NCBI RefSeq assembly: GCF_003018255.1
Contig: NZ_CP027440.1
Source: Escherichia coli
GTDB taxonomy: Bacteria > Pseudomonadota > Gammaproteobacteria > Enterobacterales > Enterobacteriaceae
DNA: 64,000 bases
Reading direction: 5' to 3' (one strand)
The notes under the pieces were generated by a model that saw nothing but the letters and a program-made list of their open reading frames with translations, was not told the DNA's origin and did no database searches. Made by a program: the position numbers and the translations under genes. Within the stretch, counting starts at the first letter, position 1; the number at the start of each line of letters is the position of its first letter. This document shows positions 41,938 through 53,336 of this stretch, in pieces.

Positions 41938-42780
41938 CTACAATTCATTCAGTACATACTGGAATCGGCACGTAGAATCAATCGGTTGTCGGCTACTGGT
42001 GTTCACATTTACCACGATATCATGTAGCTGTTTATCGGTTACCGGATGCCGTGTGGGAGAAACCGTTACCGTTGATTTATCGCAACCGTAGGAGGTAAAG
42101 GTTAACAGTTCCGAGACCACGCGGCAGTATGCACCTCTGCTATCAAAAACGCTGCCATCACAGAGTTTGCCATCTTCCATCAGGTAGGTCGAAAGCGTGG
42201 TGGTGATTGTCGAGCCATTGGATTGCAACTGTAACGCCTTATTGTGGCTGACGTAATTCTCACTCCACGAGATGTCATACGACGCGACAGGGATCGTCGG
42301 ACATACTGTGGCATGGTTCGTTGGCCCAGTATATCTCCCGAATCCGGGTTGATCTGTGATCGTATAAAAAGAAGCGAGCCACGGGCAACCATAACTGTCG
42401 GACTGAACGGTTATCTTAAACGTCTCATATGCACACTGAAATGTCGCCGTATTTATCCCAGGACAATTCGAGCTATCAGCATTACCGTAGTCAGTTAAGA
42501 TCAACACTGGCGCTGGTCCCGACCCCGTCCACGAAATAACGCTGGCTTGCTCGTTCTTCCTTATGGCATCGTTGTACACCCCATAGGCCGCCTCGTTGGG
42601 AGTTAACACCGTGACATACAAACCTCCGGTGTTATGAATAGACATTTTCCCCTTCCCATAATAAATCTTCACACTGTCGAAACTCGCGCTGGTGAGTTTA
42701 TCCCCGGCATAGCTCTTTGGAACGCTCGCACTCATCACCAGCAACACCAGGCTCGCAAAAATCATTGTCCATTTTTTCAT
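41938..42780 (-). CDS. yfcO: Yfc fimbrial operon protein YfcO (likely tip/adhesin-like component)
   Basis: ORF track 295 aa; likely start at MKKWTMIFASLVLLV signal peptide; exact start uncertain. Confidence 0.75.
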   Translation of the reverse strand: MKKWTMIFASLVLLVMSASVPKSYAGDKLTSASFDSVKIYYGKGKMSIHNTGGLYVTVLTPNEAAYGVYNDAIRKNEQASVISWTGSGPAPVLILTDYGNADSSNCPGINTATFQCAYETFKITVQSDSYGCPWLASFYTITDQPGFGRYTGPTNHATVCPTIPVASYDISWSENYVSHNKALQLQSNGSTITTTLSTYLMEDGKLCDGSVFDSRGAYCRVVSELLTFTSYGCDKSTVTVSPTRHPVTDKQLHDIVVNVNTSSRQPIDSTCRFQYVLNEL

Positions 42781-42781
42781 G

Positions 42782-43306
42782 TTAAAAATACTCAAAGGTT
42801 GCCGTCGCCGTAGCGCTGAAATCACCGGACGTCACATCCCGCCCGCCCTTCGCCTGTAGCCAGGCATTAAAATTGAGACTGTTATTGCCCTGGTTTAGCG
42901 GGAACGTGACACCCGTTGTGCTGTTGACTGGCACCGCCGCGCCTGCCGCCGTTTCAATACCAATCCCAGCTCCGGATGCAGAAGATGAGGCGTCAAAGGC
43001 CAGAAATCCGGGCAGTTCGCTATCTTCCGTTCCCGTCAGCGTTACCCTGACGCTAAACAGCGTGGAGCTTTTGCAATCCTTCAATTGAAATACCAACGGT
43101 ACTCGCTCTGACTGCCCGAGGTTCATTAAATCGCTGGCGGCAATGGTGGGAAAGTGCACCTCCGCCAACAGGCTACCGTTGATCACTGGCGTACAGGATT
43201 TACCGAGCAAATTACCGGTAAAGTGCAGGTTGTCGACCGCCGGGGCAGTAACGCTGTACAACAGCATCAGGCTACAGATAAAAACCAACGCACGCTTTTT
43301 CTTCAT
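42782..43306 (-). CDS. yfcP: Fimbrial minor subunit YfcP
   Basis: 174-aa ORF with signal peptide, fimbrial-subunit-like C-terminus. Confidence 0.85.
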   Translation of the reverse strand: MKKKRALVFICSLMLLYSVTAPAVDNLHFTGNLLGKSCTPVINGSLLAEVHFPTIAASDLMNLGQSERVPLVFQLKDCKSSTLFSVRVTLTGTEDSELPGFLAFDASSSASGAGIGIETAAGAAVPVNSTTGVTFPLNQGNNSLNFNAWLQAKGGRDVTSGDFSATATATFEYF

Positions 43307-43773
43307 TGATAATCCACCTGTAACGTGGCCCAGGCTTCAAAGTCTGCCTCAGGCAAATCGACACCGCTCTTTTTGACCGGTACTGCGGTTAACACCGGTA
43401 AGGCCGTTTCATTCACCACCAGTGCCGTATTGAGCTTAAAGCTCTGCCCTGCCTGTTTAAGCCGAATCGCCAGGCCAGAGATATCGGTGCTAACCGCGGC
43501 ATCGTCAAAGTCGCTCTGCGTACCGCTCCAGCTCAATTTCATTTCCATTGATGGGTCGCGAACCGCCGTATCACAGGTAATGGAATACGGCACGGTTTGC
43601 TCATAGTTACTGCCATTAATGTCATCAACAAAAACATCCTGAAAGGTTATTTCAATGGTTTTACCGTTGCTAATAGTGCAGTTAGGTGGCTGCACTAAAT
43701 AGCCGTGAAAAGAGACATTTGAGAGTGCCATCGAGCTAAAGCCCCACAGCATAAGAAGTGAGATCCGTTTCAT
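43303..43773 (-). CDS. yfcQ: Fimbrial minor subunit YfcQ
   Basis: 156-aa ORF; signal peptide. Confidence 0.85.
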   Translation of the reverse strand: MKRISLLMLWGFSSMALSNVSFHGYLVQPPNCTISNGKTIEITFQDVFVDDINGSNYEQTVPYSITCDTAVRDPSMEMKLSWSGTQSDFDDAAVSTDISGLAIRLKQAGQSFKLNTALVVNETALPVLTAVPVKKSGVDLPEADFEAWATLQVDYQ

Positions 43774-44276
43774 TGGTAATCCACCACAATTGTGGCACTG
43801 GCGTTAAATTCCGCTGCCGATAAGGTTGTACCACTCTGTTTCACCGGCACTGCTTCGAGTGCAGGGACGCCCGAGGAAAAATTAAACGGCAACCATGAAC
43901 CAGACGTTAAGTCGAGTGTTGAGTGATCACTACTTTTCTGAACCCGAATACCAAACCCTGAAATACCTGTGCTGATAACTGTTTCACCGTTGATCACAAC
44001 CGTTGTTGCCCGCATCTGTAAACGCAGGTCATCCATTGCCAGGTTGTTACAAACAAGCGAGTAATCAATGGGTTGTTTATAACCTACCCCATCGATCTTA
44101 TTGATGAATACATTACCAAACTCAACCGTCGCACCATTAACCGTGCAAGGAGGAGGGGCATCAACGAGCACTCGTAAACTCAAATTTACTGATTTACTCC
44201 CTGCAACTGCAAAGTCGCTACCAATACAACACATCAGTAACCATGTTCCCGCCCAGACTGAACAAGATCTTTTCAT
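43770..44276 (-). CDS. yfcR: Fimbrial minor subunit YfcR
   Basis: 168-aa ORF; signal peptide. Confidence 0.85.
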   Translation of the reverse strand: MKRSCSVWAGTWLLMCCIGSDFAVAGSKSVNLSLRVLVDAPPPCTVNGATVEFGNVFINKIDGVGYKQPIDYSLVCNNLAMDDLRLQMRATTVVINGETVISTGISGFGIRVQKSSDHSTLDLTSGSWLPFNFSSGVPALEAVPVKQSGTTLSAAEFNASATIVVDYQ

Positions 44277-44292
44277 ACTTACTTCCCCGTCA

Positions 44293-45042
44293 TTAACCTT
44301 TGCGGCTCAGCTCTTCATCAACCTGACAACTGTTGCCGCTACAGGTGAAAAAGAGTGGCATCCGTGCGCCATAGTCGTTGACATAGGTCAGCACCGGCAC
44401 GCTAGCCATCTTCACCTTGAGCGGTGCGGAGGTTTTTGGCGACATCACTATCGGCGAGAAACCGTCTGCCGGATTGCCATTTTTTTGCGCGCTGGCATTA
44501 CTGAAAATGACGTAATACGGAGTAGGGTTATTGACGGTAAATTCCTGACCGTTACGGGTTAAGGTCACTTTATGCTGCCATGGGTTTTGCATGCTAGCTT
44601 TTTCCAGGGCTTTAGGTCGCCAGAAAAGTTTGATGCGTGTCTGCAGCGCAATTTGTAACGTATTGGCTTTGTTCGATTTCGGCGGAATTTCACGCACATT
44701 GAAATAAAATATCGATTCACGATCGGCAGGCAATTTATGGATATCTGGCAATCCCTGAATTTTCACCTGACCATTCATCATTGCATCAATGCGCTGTACG
44801 GGGGGCAATACTGCCAGCGGCGAACTAATCTTGACGCCCTTTTCATCTTCGATCCAGCTTTGTGCCAGATAAGGCTGTTTCGGGTCGTTATTACGCAGCG
44901 TGACGCTGATGGATTTATCGCTTTCATTAAAAATCAGGCGAGTACGATCGGGCGTTACTGACGCCAGAGCAGAAAAACTTACCGTTGCAGCCAGTAACGA
45001 CAGTACCGTTGCCAATGTTTTGACAGAGAGATGTTTAGTCAT
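44293..45042 (-). CDS. yfcS: Periplasmic fimbrial chaperone (PapD-like)
   Basis: 249-aa ORF; signal peptide. Confidence 0.9.
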   Translation of the reverse strand: MTKHLSVKTLATVLSLLAATVSFSALASVTPDRTRLIFNESDKSISVTLRNNDPKQPYLAQSWIEDEKGVKISSPLAVLPPVQRIDAMMNGQVKIQGLPDIHKLPADRESIFYFNVREIPPKSNKANTLQIALQTRIKLFWRPKALEKASMQNPWQHKVTLTRNGQEFTVNNPTPYYVIFSNASAQKNGNPADGFSPIVMSPKTSAPLKVKMASVPVLTYVNDYGARMPLFFTCSGNSCQVDEELSRKG

Positions 45043-45061
45043 GGATCATTCCTTAATCACG

Positions 45062-47701
45062 TTATTGGTTCGATGAAACAGACATCGGCGGTTCCATTGG
45101 TGTCACCTGTTGTGTCTGCTCCTGAATTACAGGTTGAATATCATGCGTTATGACGGGAGCACTTCCCCCTTTTTGCTGGCATGGCAACAACAAGCCATTG
45201 AACAGGTCATTCGGTAACGGATCTGGCAGGCTGATATCGCAGTGAGATTCTCCCTCCCAGAAAACGGTCATATGTTCACCCGGCTTAACGCCTGCAAGAT
45301 AAACATTACCTTCGTCATCAACCAGCCCAACTTGTTGTTGATTATCGTTTTTCACTTCCGCCCCAAATGGCGGATGGCTGCCATCCTGCAAGCGCAGCAC
45401 TACCATCGCCTTCTCACCGCTGATCACCGCAAATTTACGGTAGCCAATAGCGCCTTCCGTCAGCGTTGCCTGGACCACCGATTGGGTAGCTTCGGCGTTT
45501 TCCGGTAGTTTGTTCAAATCGATATAAGCCTGGTTACGGTAGTAATCATTAACATCTGCCACCACCGCTTTCCCGAACATGTTGGTATAAACGGCGGAAC
45601 CATTACCTTCGACCGGCACATTAGCAACGCCATCGGCGTCGATTAGCAGACGTGTGCCTCCCATATTTTGCGTACGATGCAACGCCCCGCCGTGAGCAGT
45701 CAGTGTTACACCGCCCTGTAAGGAGACCCCCGCAGATGTGTATTGCCCCTCATGGTAGTTTGCACTCAGGTCAACTTTTGCCAGCGTACCGTCATGACTG
45801 TAATAACCATCAAGACTGGTGTGATTTTCACTGGTTCCGGCGCTCAACGTATAGTGGCTAGCGTCATCGATGCGGTGATACAAACTCGCCTGGCTGCTGT
45901 CGGCACCACTGCCATAATTGCCGTTGTAACTGATGGTGCTGTTGTCACCCCATGGCAAACTCAAGGACAGATAAACACCTTTGTCGGCACTTTTATCATA
46001 TTCGTAGCGATAACCGGTGAGAGAAACGCTCAGGTTGCGAAGACTTCCTAAATTGAAATAATGAGAAAGCATCATGTTGTAGTTGGTCTGATCCTCGCGA
46101 TCCCAATAGGTATGGTGAGAATAATTGAGATAGACCGAAACGCGCGCATCCCTAAAGTTCTGGTTGTAAGTGACCGTGTACATTTCCTTGTCGTTACCCG
46201 TGCGCGCACGGTCGGTGTCGTTCGCATCCAGATACTCACTCATGGTCATGTAGTTTTTTTCAGAGAAGCGATATCCGGCAAACGTCACCCGACTGTTGAG
46301 TTCATCGAAATCTTTGGCATAGCTGACGCGATAAGAGTTGCCGTCCAGCGTTTTGTTGCCATACACGCTGTTATCGTCGAGTTGAACACGAGAGTGAGTG
46401 ACATCAAACGCTAGCGCTCCGAACAGCGCGAGGTCACGACCGAGGCCTAACGCTGCCGACTGGTAGTTTTCATCGGCCAATGCCCCGCCGTAGAGCGACC
46501 AGCCATTCGCAATCCCCCATGACGCCTCACCGCCCGAGAAGAAGCTGCCTGCAACCTGATGGTCCCAGTTTTGTGGACGCCCCATTGTCACTTTGTAACG
46601 CACCTGACCGGGGCGGGTCAGAAACGGCATGGACGCCGTGCTGACGTCATATTCCTGTACCTGACCGTTTTGTTCTTCAATGCGGACATGCAGCGTGCCA
46701 GATACGGAATCGCCAATATCCTGAATGCGGAATGGACCTGCGGGCACCTGGGTTTCGTAAATGACACGGCCCATTTGGGTTACGGTCACTTTAGCGGTAG
46801 TGTGTGCAACGCCGGAAATATCGGGTGCGTAGCCGCGCATGTTTGGCGGTAACATTTGATCATCGGTACTGATGCTGCCGCCAATGTAACTGAAGCCATC
46901 AAAAATATCGGAGTTGAGATAATCTTCACCCAGCGAAAGTTTGGCTTTTAATGACGGCAAGGCGCGCCAGGCGTAGTAACGGCTCCACTCCCAGTTTTTT
47001 TGCGTACCGCTATCATCAGTGTCGCCGTCATCGTTACTGCGGGTATGTTGGTAATCGCTCTGCCAGTCGGCTCGTAAGCGCCACGGCCCCACGTTAACGC
47101 CGACCGTACCATTACCGCTGATGTCGTTAGTGTCATCCCCCCCATTTTCATGTCGGGTTTGTGCGTTGATACTGTAATCGGCAATAAGCCCAGGAATCCC
47201 CTCATCCCAACGCGAAGGTGGGTCCCAGTCATCGTCAGTGTATTCGAGATATGCCTGTGGCACAGAAACTAAGAGCGCAGATTGACTTAAATCGCCCTTA
47301 ATTTCCATACCTCCTATTTGGTCAGTTTTCAGACATTGTCCATCATGACCCCATTGCAAACTCTTCGCAAAATCATCTTTGAAGCCAAACTGGGCTATCA
47401 GTTCAGGTGGTAAGCAGGCATATGATTTATTCGGATCGTTTTCAGCTACATACCAATAGATATCGTATTCATCAGGTAATGGGTGATTATTTACATGAAC
47501 ACGTAAATTGTATTTCCCTGGTTCAACATACCCTTTTTGAGAAAAACGCCCCAGATCAATTTTGGTATTTCCTTTTAACTCCAGAAATCGAGCATCAAAT
47601 TGAATGGTATCATCTGCCAGTACATTAAAAGGACTCCCGGAAATTGCCAGAGCAATCCACCATGAAAGCCCCCGTAAACGAAGAAAAGAATGTTCAGGCA
47701 T
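45062..47701 (-). CDS. yfcU: Outer-membrane fimbrial usher, intact
   Basis: 879-aa uninterrupted ORF; FimD/PapC-like usher; interrupted in K-12. Confidence 0.9.
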   Translation of the reverse strand: MPEHSFLRLRGLSWWIALAISGSPFNVLADDTIQFDARFLELKGNTKIDLGRFSQKGYVEPGKYNLRVHVNNHPLPDEYDIYWYVAENDPNKSYACLPPELIAQFGFKDDFAKSLQWGHDGQCLKTDQIGGMEIKGDLSQSALLVSVPQAYLEYTDDDWDPPSRWDEGIPGLIADYSINAQTRHENGGDDTNDISGNGTVGVNVGPWRLRADWQSDYQHTRSNDDGDTDDSGTQKNWEWSRYYAWRALPSLKAKLSLGEDYLNSDIFDGFSYIGGSISTDDQMLPPNMRGYAPDISGVAHTTAKVTVTQMGRVIYETQVPAGPFRIQDIGDSVSGTLHVRIEEQNGQVQEYDVSTASMPFLTRPGQVRYKVTMGRPQNWDHQVAGSFFSGGEASWGIANGWSLYGGALADENYQSAALGLGRDLALFGALAFDVTHSRVQLDDNSVYGNKTLDGNSYRVSYAKDFDELNSRVTFAGYRFSEKNYMTMSEYLDANDTDRARTGNDKEMYTVTYNQNFRDARVSVYLNYSHHTYWDREDQTNYNMMLSHYFNLGSLRNLSVSLTGYRYEYDKSADKGVYLSLSLPWGDNSTISYNGNYGSGADSSQASLYHRIDDASHYTLSAGTSENHTSLDGYYSHDGTLAKVDLSANYHEGQYTSAGVSLQGGVTLTAHGGALHRTQNMGGTRLLIDADGVANVPVEGNGSAVYTNMFGKAVVADVNDYYRNQAYIDLNKLPENAEATQSVVQATLTEGAIGYRKFAVISGEKAMVVLRLQDGSHPPFGAEVKNDNQQQVGLVDDEGNVYLAGVKPGEHMTVFWEGESHCDISLPDPLPNDLFNGLLLPCQQKGGSAPVITHDIQPVIQEQTQQVTPMEPPMSVSSNQ

Positions 47702-47786
47702 CTACGTATCCATCCATGATTATTATAATTTAGTTATCTTTTATTTATAAACCCCATAACATTGCAGTTATGGGGGAACAGCATAA

Positions 47787-48353
47787 TTAGAGATATGTAA
47801 TCTGGAACGTCGTTAGCGTTTCAAACGGCGCTGGGGTTGGTGTTACCGCTGCAGTTTCACCTACTAACCAGGCTTTAAAGTTCAACGTTTGTTTCTGTTT
47901 GCCTTTTCCTGTTGAACTGTCCATCGCGATGTCCTGATCGATGCCTGCCCCCAGGTCATAACCAGTACCACGTTGGTCGCCAATCACCAGACTTACATTT
48001 GGAATTTCAGTTCCATTATCCATGTTAGACAGGGAATAGTTTTTTGAGTTGCCGGAGTACGGATTACCAGTGAATGTCGTGGTCATTGTCGTTTCAGTAT
48101 TGAAATTACAATCCTGTAAACGAATCTGGAAATCTTTAGGTGTGGTAGTCTTGCCACCGGTTAAAGAACCTGTACCAATGCTGCCCATATCCACTTCCAG
48201 TTTATGATCGTCAGGAACAATCGAGCACGGAGAGTCTTCAATTGTGCCGTAAAATCTCACTGTACCGTTGTTACCTGCGGCAACGACTGATGCTGAAGTC
48301 AGCGCCCCCATGAGCATTGCCGTGGCAACTGCTGCTTTTACAAACTTACTCAT
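47787..48353 (-). CDS. yfcV: Fimbrial major subunit YfcV
   Basis: 188-aa ORF; signal peptide; C-terminal ..TFQITYL donor-strand motif. Confidence 0.88.
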   Translation of the reverse strand: MSKFVKAAVATAMLMGALTSASVVAAGNNGTVRFYGTIEDSPCSIVPDDHKLEVDMGSIGTGSLTGGKTTTPKDFQIRLQDCNFNTETTMTTTFTGNPYSGNSKNYSLSNMDNGTEIPNVSLVIGDQRGTGYDLGAGIDQDIAMDSSTGKGKQKQTLNFKAWLVGETAAVTPTPAPFETLTTFQITYL

Positions 48354-48960
48354 TATTTGTCCTTAAATCATAAATAATTAGAATATAAGCCAACTGAAAT
48401 ATTGACGCAGAGCTTCTTCAATTTTTACAGCGACTTTTAACCAGCCAATGAACAGATTTTCAGCTCCTGAAAAAACAGGTTCCTTGATATAATATTCTTT
48501 GGCGTGCCGAACATATTGATATTTTAATATGACTGACGCAATTTAGATTTTCTAACATTCAAAGTTAGAAATGCTTAATTAATAGGCAGGAATAATAATT
48601 ACTGAAATTTTTCATCTCAATCATGAAGAATAAGTTCAAAAAAACGGCAAATGCAAAAACCCAGTGAATAAATTAAAGTCAAAAACAATCACATGGCAAT
48701 GACTATCTTGTGATATTAATTTCGCAACGATATAATATTAAAACACTATAATTAATATAAAATCAAGACCCAATTATATTTTTCACTTTAGTCATTATTT
48801 ACCTAAAAATGCTTCCAGAAAAATAATTTATGAATAAAAGTAAATTCTCTTTCAATATGTAAATTTTTACAAATAAAAGCGTCATGCCGTATAAAATAAA
48901 GACCATTCGATCACAAGCGGATCATTGTTAGTACAATAAGATTGAATAAATTCAACATTG
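48354..48960 (-). promoter_or_regulatory. AT-rich upstream regulatory region of the yfc fimbrial operon
   Basis: ~600 bp strongly AT-rich non-coding sequence 5' of yfcV; typical of nucleoid-protein-silenced fimbrial promoters. Confidence 0.5.
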
Positions 48961-48961
48961 C

Positions 48962-49000
48962 CAGAAAAAATAAAGGCCCGATAGCTTACGCCAGCGGGCC
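48962..49000 (-). terminator. Rho-independent terminator downstream of sixA
   Basis: hairpin ggcccg..cgggcc followed on minus strand by tttattttttc. Confidence 0.7.
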
Positions 49001-49013
49001 TTGTGCATGCGTA

Positions 49014-49499
49014 TTAAATCGCCTTTGCCATCTTCAAATTACATGGGCTCATCTGCCAGTTAAATGTGCCGTTTCCGCTTTCATCAAGCGTTACGCTGGC
49101 AATGGCCGAGGTGGTAAACATAGGCGGCGTTTCGCCCGGACATAACTCAGCAACCAGATACCCGACTAAGGGTAAGTGGGAGATCACCAGTACCGAAGCA
49201 ACACCTTCATTGGTCAACGCCTGCAAATAGGCACTGACCAGACCAACATCGCCGCAGGGCGTTAACTCCGGCAGAACTTCTGCACTGGAAGGCAGGTTCA
49301 GACAATCCCCTACTTCTTCAAGTGTTTGCTCGGCTCGCAGGAACGGGCTCACCAGAACGCGTTCGATTTCCACTTTTTGACCTTTCAGCCAGTTCGCCAT
49401 CAGGCGAGATTCGTCACAACCGTTAGTGGTCAGAGGACGAACCGAATCACTGGCGGCATCGAGGGCTGCGTCGCCGTGACGCATGATAAAAACTTGCAT
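49014..49499 (-). CDS. sixA: Phosphohistidine phosphatase SixA
   Basis: 161-aa ORF; MQVFIMRHGDA (RHG motif). Confidence 0.94.
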   Translation of the reverse strand: MQVFIMRHGDAALDAASDSVRPLTTNGCDESRLMANWLKGQKVEIERVLVSPFLRAEQTLEEVGDCLNLPSSAEVLPELTPCGDVGLVSAYLQALTNEGVASVLVISHLPLVGYLVAELCPGETPPMFTTSAIASVTLDESGNGTFNWQMSPCNLKMAKAI

Positions 49500-49701
49500 A
49501 TTGCACCGCTTTTGTTAACCAGATTCGCCCGTTTTCTTTCATCTGAAACCAGAGAAAGAAAACGGTGGCCGGCATTGTGCCTTATCCATTCACCGAATGA
49601 AACGCTGTTTTTTACCTCAATGGCGTAAGTATAGTCAATATGCGTTTACATTTTGAGCAACACTCCGCCATTCAGCGCGGATTCATATAGCTTTGACCTT
49701 C

Positions 49702-51846
49702 TTATTGCAGGTCAGTTGCAGTTGTTTTCCAAAAACTTTCCCCACGCTTGCTCATCTCGACTAAACGCTCGCAAGGGGTAAAACGGGAACCATACTGCGT
49801 GGCCAGTCGTTGCATTATTGCAACCACTTCACCCGCACCGAGAGAATCGATGTAGCGGAACGGACCACCGAGAAATGGCGGAAAACCAATGCCAAATACC
49901 GCGCCAATATCTCCGTCACGCACGCTACGGATAACCTGCTCGTCCAGACAACGTACTGCTTCATTCAGCATCAACATCACACACCGTTCAGCTACCTGCG
50001 GTGCGGAGAGTCGCCCCTGCCCTTGTGTGCCAATGAGCGGGTAAATGGCGGGATCGACCTGTTTTTTGCTTTTACGCCCTTTCTGACCATAAAGATAGAA
50101 ACCCCGGCCATTTTTTCTGCCTTTGCGATCGTCGTTCAAAATTGAAGAAACAACATTTGCAGGCGCGCTAAAACGTTCTCCATAAGCGGCTTCCAGTACA
50201 GGAATAATTTTAGTCCCGGTGTCGATTCCTACCTCATCCAAAAGTTGGATTGGGCCTACCGGAAAACCAAATTTCACCAGCGCGGTATCAATGTGCTCTA
50301 CCCGTTCACCTTCGGTCAACATGCGGATAGCTTCATTAATGTAAGGCGCTAAGATGCGATTGACGTAAAACCCGGCTTTGTCACGCACGACAATTGGCGT
50401 TTTGCCCTGTTTTTTCGCCAGTTTTACTGTGGTGGCGATGGTTTGCGCCGATGTACCGGCATGGGGAATAATTTCTACCAACGGCATTTTTTCCACCGGA
50501 CTGAAGAAATGCAGGCCAATAACTTGCTCAGGTCGCGCGGCGTGAGCGGCGATATCGCCAATCGGTAAAGATGACGTGTTCGAAGCAAAGATGGTATGAG
50601 CGGCGCAATTTTGCTCAACTTCCGCCACCATTTGTTGTTTTAATTCGAGATTTTCAAACACCGCTTCAATAATCAGATCGCGATGGGCAAAGCCGCAATA
50701 GTCCGTCGTTCCGGAGATTAATGCCAGCTGTCTGTCACGTTCGCTGGCTTTGAGATGACGACGGCGAACTTTGCCCTCCAGCTGATCCCAACTGTACTTC
50801 AGCGCATGATTTATGCCCTGCGGGTTGATATCTTTAATTCTGACCGGAAGCCCCGCTTTACAAGCAGTGACATAAGCAATACCGCCGCCCATCAAGCCAC
50901 CACCTAAAATTCCCACGCTGTTTAATGGCGCAGGCGGCGCATCACTGCCAGGATCTTTCTTCACGTCCGTACTGGCAAAAAAGATACTACGCAGCGCCTG
51001 CGATTGCGGCGTCATCACCAGTTCGCCAAAAGCACGGGCTTCAGCGTCATAGCCGCCACTGGTGCCCTGCGCTAATCCCGTTTCGACAACCTCCAGGATG
51101 CGTTCTGTCGCCGGATAGTTACCTTGAGTTTTGTGTTCTGTTTTCTTACCGACCATTTTGAACAGCAGCGCACGACCTAACGGCCCCGCCAGAATACGCT
51201 CGCGTACAGGTAGAGGGCGTGAAGATGGGCGATCCTGCTTTGCCAGCTCAACAGCGGCTTCCAGTAAAATGGATTGCGGAACGACGTCATCCACCAGCCC
51301 CAGCTTTAATGCCTGTTTCGCCCGAAGTTGTTTTCCAGTGAGGATCATCTCCAATGCTGTGCTGACACCTATCAGGCGCGGTAAACGCTGGGTGCCGCCT
51401 GAACCGGGTAATAATCCAAGTTGTACTTCAGGCAAACCGAGCACCGTTTTAGGATCGTCAGTACACATGCGACCGTGGCACGCCAGCGCCAACTCCAGCC
51501 CACCGCCCAGGCAAGCGCCATGAATAGCCGCGATAACCGGAACGGGCAAAGCATGAATCTCCGCCATCAACTGTTGGCCCTGCCGCGCCAGTGCTTCCGC
51601 TTCTTGCGCCGTTTTGCAGTTGGCGATCATGTTGATGTCTGCGCCAGCAATGAAGTTGTCTGGTTTCGCGGAGATAAACACCACGCCGCGCAACTCTTTG
51701 TTTTCACGGAGTTGCTTAATAATGGCGCGCACCTGCGAGGCAAACTCCGCCTTCAGGGTATTCATTTTCTCACCCGGTACGTCGATGGTGATAACAGCAA
51801 TGTTGTCCAGACGGACATTAAGGGTAAACGCTGATGCCATTTCCAT
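49702..51846 (-). CDS. fadJ: Anaerobic fatty-acid oxidation multifunctional enzyme (enoyl-CoA hydratase / 3-hydroxyacyl-CoA dehydrogenase)
   Basis: 714-aa ORF. Confidence 0.95.
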   Translation of the reverse strand: MEMASAFTLNVRLDNIAVITIDVPGEKMNTLKAEFASQVRAIIKQLRENKELRGVVFISAKPDNFIAGADINMIANCKTAQEAEALARQGQQLMAEIHALPVPVIAAIHGACLGGGLELALACHGRMCTDDPKTVLGLPEVQLGLLPGSGGTQRLPRLIGVSTALEMILTGKQLRAKQALKLGLVDDVVPQSILLEAAVELAKQDRPSSRPLPVRERILAGPLGRALLFKMVGKKTEHKTQGNYPATERILEVVETGLAQGTSGGYDAEARAFGELVMTPQSQALRSIFFASTDVKKDPGSDAPPAPLNSVGILGGGLMGGGIAYVTACKAGLPVRIKDINPQGINHALKYSWDQLEGKVRRRHLKASERDRQLALISGTTDYCGFAHRDLIIEAVFENLELKQQMVAEVEQNCAAHTIFASNTSSLPIGDIAAHAARPEQVIGLHFFSPVEKMPLVEIIPHAGTSAQTIATTVKLAKKQGKTPIVVRDKAGFYVNRILAPYINEAIRMLTEGERVEHIDTALVKFGFPVGPIQLLDEVGIDTGTKIIPVLEAAYGERFSAPANVVSSILNDDRKGRKNGRGFYLYGQKGRKSKKQVDPAIYPLIGTQGQGRLSAPQVAERCVMLMLNEAVRCLDEQVIRSVRDGDIGAVFGIGFPPFLGGPFRYIDSLGAGEVVAIMQRLATQYGSRFTPCERLVEMSKRGESFWKTTATDLQ

Positions 51847-53156
51847 TATTCCGCCTCCACAACCATTGCCGCGCCAAGCCCACCCGCAGCACAGGCGGTC
51901 ACTAAACCAAATCCACCGCCGCGACGGCGAAGTTCATGCAATGTCTGGGTAATCATCCGCGCGCCGGTCGCCGCGAAGGGATGCCCGTAAGCAATCGAAC
52001 CGCCAAGCACGTTAAATTTGCTATCGTCCATTTCGCCAGTGGCATGTGCACGCCCCAGTACATCACGAGCAAAACGTTCGCTACCCAGCAACTGAATATT
52101 CGCCAGTGTCTGAGCTGCAAAGGCTTCGTGCATATCGAGCAATGTCAGATCGCTCATTGTCAAACCGGCACGTTCCAGCGCCAGCGGCGTTGACCAGGCC
52201 GGACCGAGCAACATGTCCTGCCAGACATCTATCGCAGTAAATGCGTAACTGCGCAGATACCCCAGCGGTACCAGCCCTAATTCTTTCGCCCGCGATTCGG
52301 TCATCAGGATCACCGCCGCTGCGCCATCGGTCAGCGGCGTACTGTTTGCTGCCGTTACCGTCCCGTGTTTACGATCAAACGCCGGACGCAACTTTGCGTA
52401 ATCAGCAAGCGAGGAATTACCGCGAATATTGTTGTCTTCGGCAAGCGGTTGTTTATAAGGAGGGATAAAGGCAGTCATCACCTCTTCTTTGAGTTTACCG
52501 TCTGACCACGCCTGAGCGGCTCGCTGATGCGAACGGTGCGCTAATGCATCTTGCTGTTCGCGAGTAATACCGTAGGTTTTCGCCATTTGTTCAGCGGTGT
52601 CGCCCATCCGCAAGCCAGTAGAGTATTCCGCCACTGCCGGAGGCACCGGCATTAAGTCGCGCAAACGCAGGCGAGAGAAGAGTTTCAGGCGCTGGCTCAT
52701 GGTTCGAGCTTTGTTGACATCAACCAGCACGCGCGCCAGTTTTTTACTGACGCCAATTGGCAATACGGAAGAGGAATCGGCCCCACCGGCAATCCCCGCG
52801 CGAATAGTTCCCGCCATCAGGCTTTCTGCGACGTTTGCAATCGCCTGGAAACTGGTAGCGCAAGCGCGGCTGACGCTGTAAGCATCGGTATGCACATTCA
52901 TTCCGGTACCGAGAACAATTTCACGCGCAATGTTGGGGGCTTCAGGCATTTGTACGACCTGACCAAAAACCAGTTGTTCAATCACTTCGGCGGGGATCTC
53001 GCTGCGTGCCAGCAGTTCGCCTACCACCATCTTCCCCAAATCAACAGCAGGAATGCCATGAAAAGCCGTCGCCTGGCGGGCAAAAGGCGTACGTAAACCG
53101 CTAACAATGGCGATACGATCGCCCTGGCGGGTAACCAGCGGTAAAACCTGACCCAT
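51846..53156 (-). CDS. fadI: 3-ketoacyl-CoA thiolase (anaerobic)
   Basis: 436-aa ORF; stop overlaps fadJ start. Confidence 0.95.
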   Translation of the reverse strand: MGQVLPLVTRQGDRIAIVSGLRTPFARQATAFHGIPAVDLGKMVVGELLARSEIPAEVIEQLVFGQVVQMPEAPNIAREIVLGTGMNVHTDAYSVSRACATSFQAIANVAESLMAGTIRAGIAGGADSSSVLPIGVSKKLARVLVDVNKARTMSQRLKLFSRLRLRDLMPVPPAVAEYSTGLRMGDTAEQMAKTYGITREQQDALAHRSHQRAAQAWSDGKLKEEVMTAFIPPYKQPLAEDNNIRGNSSLADYAKLRPAFDRKHGTVTAANSTPLTDGAAAVILMTESRAKELGLVPLGYLRSYAFTAIDVWQDMLLGPAWSTPLALERAGLTMSDLTLLDMHEAFAAQTLANIQLLGSERFARDVLGRAHATGEMDDSKFNVLGGSIAYGHPFAATGARMITQTLHELRRRGGGFGLVTACAAGGLGAAMVVEAE

Positions 53157-53183
53157 AACACTCCCCTGTAAAATAATAAATAA

Positions 53184-53200
53184 AGTGGTCTGACCTGATC
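53184..53200. promoter_or_regulatory. Putative FadR operator in fadIJ promoter
   Basis: agtggtctgacctgatc resembles FadR consensus (..TGGTCnGACcTGtt); ~30-45 bp upstream of fadI start. Confidence 0.55.
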
Positions 53201-53336
53201 ATAGTCTTAACCATTTTTTTACATTTAGCCAAGTGGAGAAAAGGGAAAGTGGGAGCTATGACACAGAGAGAAAAGTAGAAGAGAAAAGAAAACGCCCCTG
53301 CCAGCAACTGACAGGGGCGTATGTACCCGAGAGGAA

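Noticed and set aside
48623-48862. Very short ORFs (10-14 codons) in the AT-rich yfcV upstream region
   Set aside because: Expected by chance in AT-rich DNA; no Shine-Dalgarno context that stands out.
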